Shown one piece after another: positions 63,801 through 64,000 of a stretch of DNA of 64,000 nt. The stretch covers positions 18,882,912-18,946,911 of the forward strand of contig NC_092675.1 of assembly GCF_964355755.1 (NCBI RefSeq). The letters run 5' to 3'. The notes beneath the pieces were generated by a model. It was not told where the DNA came from. It worked only from the letters and a program-made list of their open reading frames with translations, and did no database searches. The stretch comes from Antedon mediterranea. Its lineage: Eukaryota > Animalia > Echinodermata. A program made the position numbers and the translations under genes. Within the stretch, counting starts at the first letter, position 1, and every line of letters begins with the position of its first letter.

Positions 63801-64000
63801 ACATCACTCTTAATTAGCAAATGCCGTGTAGCTCCTAAGAGAATGATAACTATACCAAGGTTGGAACTGGCAGCTGCAGTGGTATCGGTTAAGGTTGCAT
63901 CCATGCTGAAAGAAGAGATAGAGTATCCGAACGTCACTGAGTATTTCTGGACTGACAGCCAAGTAGTCATTGGATATATTAATAATGAAGCGAAAAGGTT
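60852..64000 (+). CDS. BEL/Pao LTR retrotransposon gag-pol polyprotein (runs off the window; RT internally deleted)
   Basis: One frame from ATG 60852 contains a DUF1759-like gag (KFDDSPLNYRSWMGTF), three Cys/His knuckles (CFCCDGNH..C, CRGCLKKGH...C, CDICKGEHPTIMH), protease YALLDEQSD, FYVDD at about 63183-63197, and Pao RNase H region IFDPLG, LHHFSDASEKGYG, TIPRLEL, FWTDS. Its absence from the ORF track is consistent with no stop before the window end. Confidence 0.93.
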   Translation, partial: MPASTSDQKDKLKHSRRVKRGAFTRALNVLKAATAEENEKEVVENALERLLNASNGVEQVHDALVAILDTEPELKEAETYIEIVLLEFTQGLQIGKKYLADIKARETSVVDTTTSNREDDDRNVSSNAIAKFLMKKDLISNGLIKFDDSPLNYRSWMGTFKAIVKELSLSAREECDLMIKWLGPESRKIVMRLRAVHLDNPENGLKDMWKRLNEEYGAPELIESVLLKKLETFPRIKDDHQLKEMSDLLREIEVAKSDKRLPGLACFDTARGVNMVTEKLSYQLQDRWRTTGARYKADKDVSFPPFNVFVEFVAKEAKVRNDPSFQITSASKSRDSHKGNKSGDSARAYSTQSKQKRCFCCDGNHTVEGCDKFKGLELKQREELIRRKGLCRGCLKKGHVWRECKCRRICDICKGEHPTIMHRYSNSTAEPPVVSSNSAAEPPVVSSNSADKPPVVSSNNLCSNTCDNEQCCSSIVPVWIEYEKQESITYALLDEQSDSCFISAKLAQELKTKGVRIQLEISTVLTKGCVTSEKINGLKVRGLKEGKTISLPAAYTRDSIPVSRHQIPTPNSVNGWQHLQKIKSDLSPLLNIEVGLIIGHNCSSALMPREVVRGNHDEDPYAIKTLLGWGVVGVVKARKGEPTNNVKQFSFKTTTKEVIKVLERDFLDDRINGKMISVEDTKFLNAMQKGCRTENGYIQLPVPFKLEIPKLPNNKVAVGKRLIQLRHKMIKQPSFAAKYKEFMTSIIDKSQAEKVPTEELEYEKEYGTDAAEFVRRGFYVDDALKAVPTIDAAISLIKRTVDMLSRGGFRLHKFLSNSPEVLKSLPATSIASKVNQLDLSDLPTERTLGILWNAAEDTFTFEANLRNKPSTRRSILSTVSAIFDPLGFVGPYVLLGKRILPEICAGGAEWDHPVGEETLRSWEEWKKQLVYLKDVSIERCYKPISNRNSEIVSTELHHFSDASEKGYGQCSYLRLVDKEGKVKTSLLISKCRVAPKRMITIPRLELAAAVVSVKVASMLKEEIEYPNVTEYFWTDSQVVIGYINNEAKR

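Noticed and set aside
61031-63970. Minus-strand ORFs over the retrotransposon
   Set aside because: Antisense shadows of the long plus-strand gag-pol frame.

Overview
AT-rich, intron-rich animal genomic DNA, probably a marine invertebrate (inferred from the repeat and SINE content; not provable here). Four spliced genes can be reconstructed by hand. RPL34 lies on the minus strand; its canonical last exon is not found in the window. Head-to-head with it is a lysosomal/gastric acid lipase-family gene (plus), followed by GHITM/TMBIM5 (plus). A TspanC8 tetraspanin lies on the minus strand and carries two large intronic minisatellites. The right end holds the 5' LTR and open gag-pol ORF of a BEL/Pao retrotransposon whose RT has an in-frame deletion, and a 2.6-kb TIR transposon carrying two LINE fragments sits at that LTR's edge. 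Introns and intergenic DNA contain many non-autonomous DNA transposons (Harbinger-, hAT-, Kolobok- and MULE-like) and tRNA-derived SINEs. The best leads are: a possible replacement C-terminus for RPL34; 20-39 bp palindromes with 7-bp target duplications (possible P-type excision scars); a TSD-flanked hairpin + half-hammerhead + tRNA-like insert; a tandem array of Pol III B-boxes; TAGGCCTA-rich tracts in the first intron of every gene; and an orphan Cys-rich spliced ORF with an inverted copy. No single new multi-gene system is demonstrated. All coordinates were read by eye and no database searches were run.
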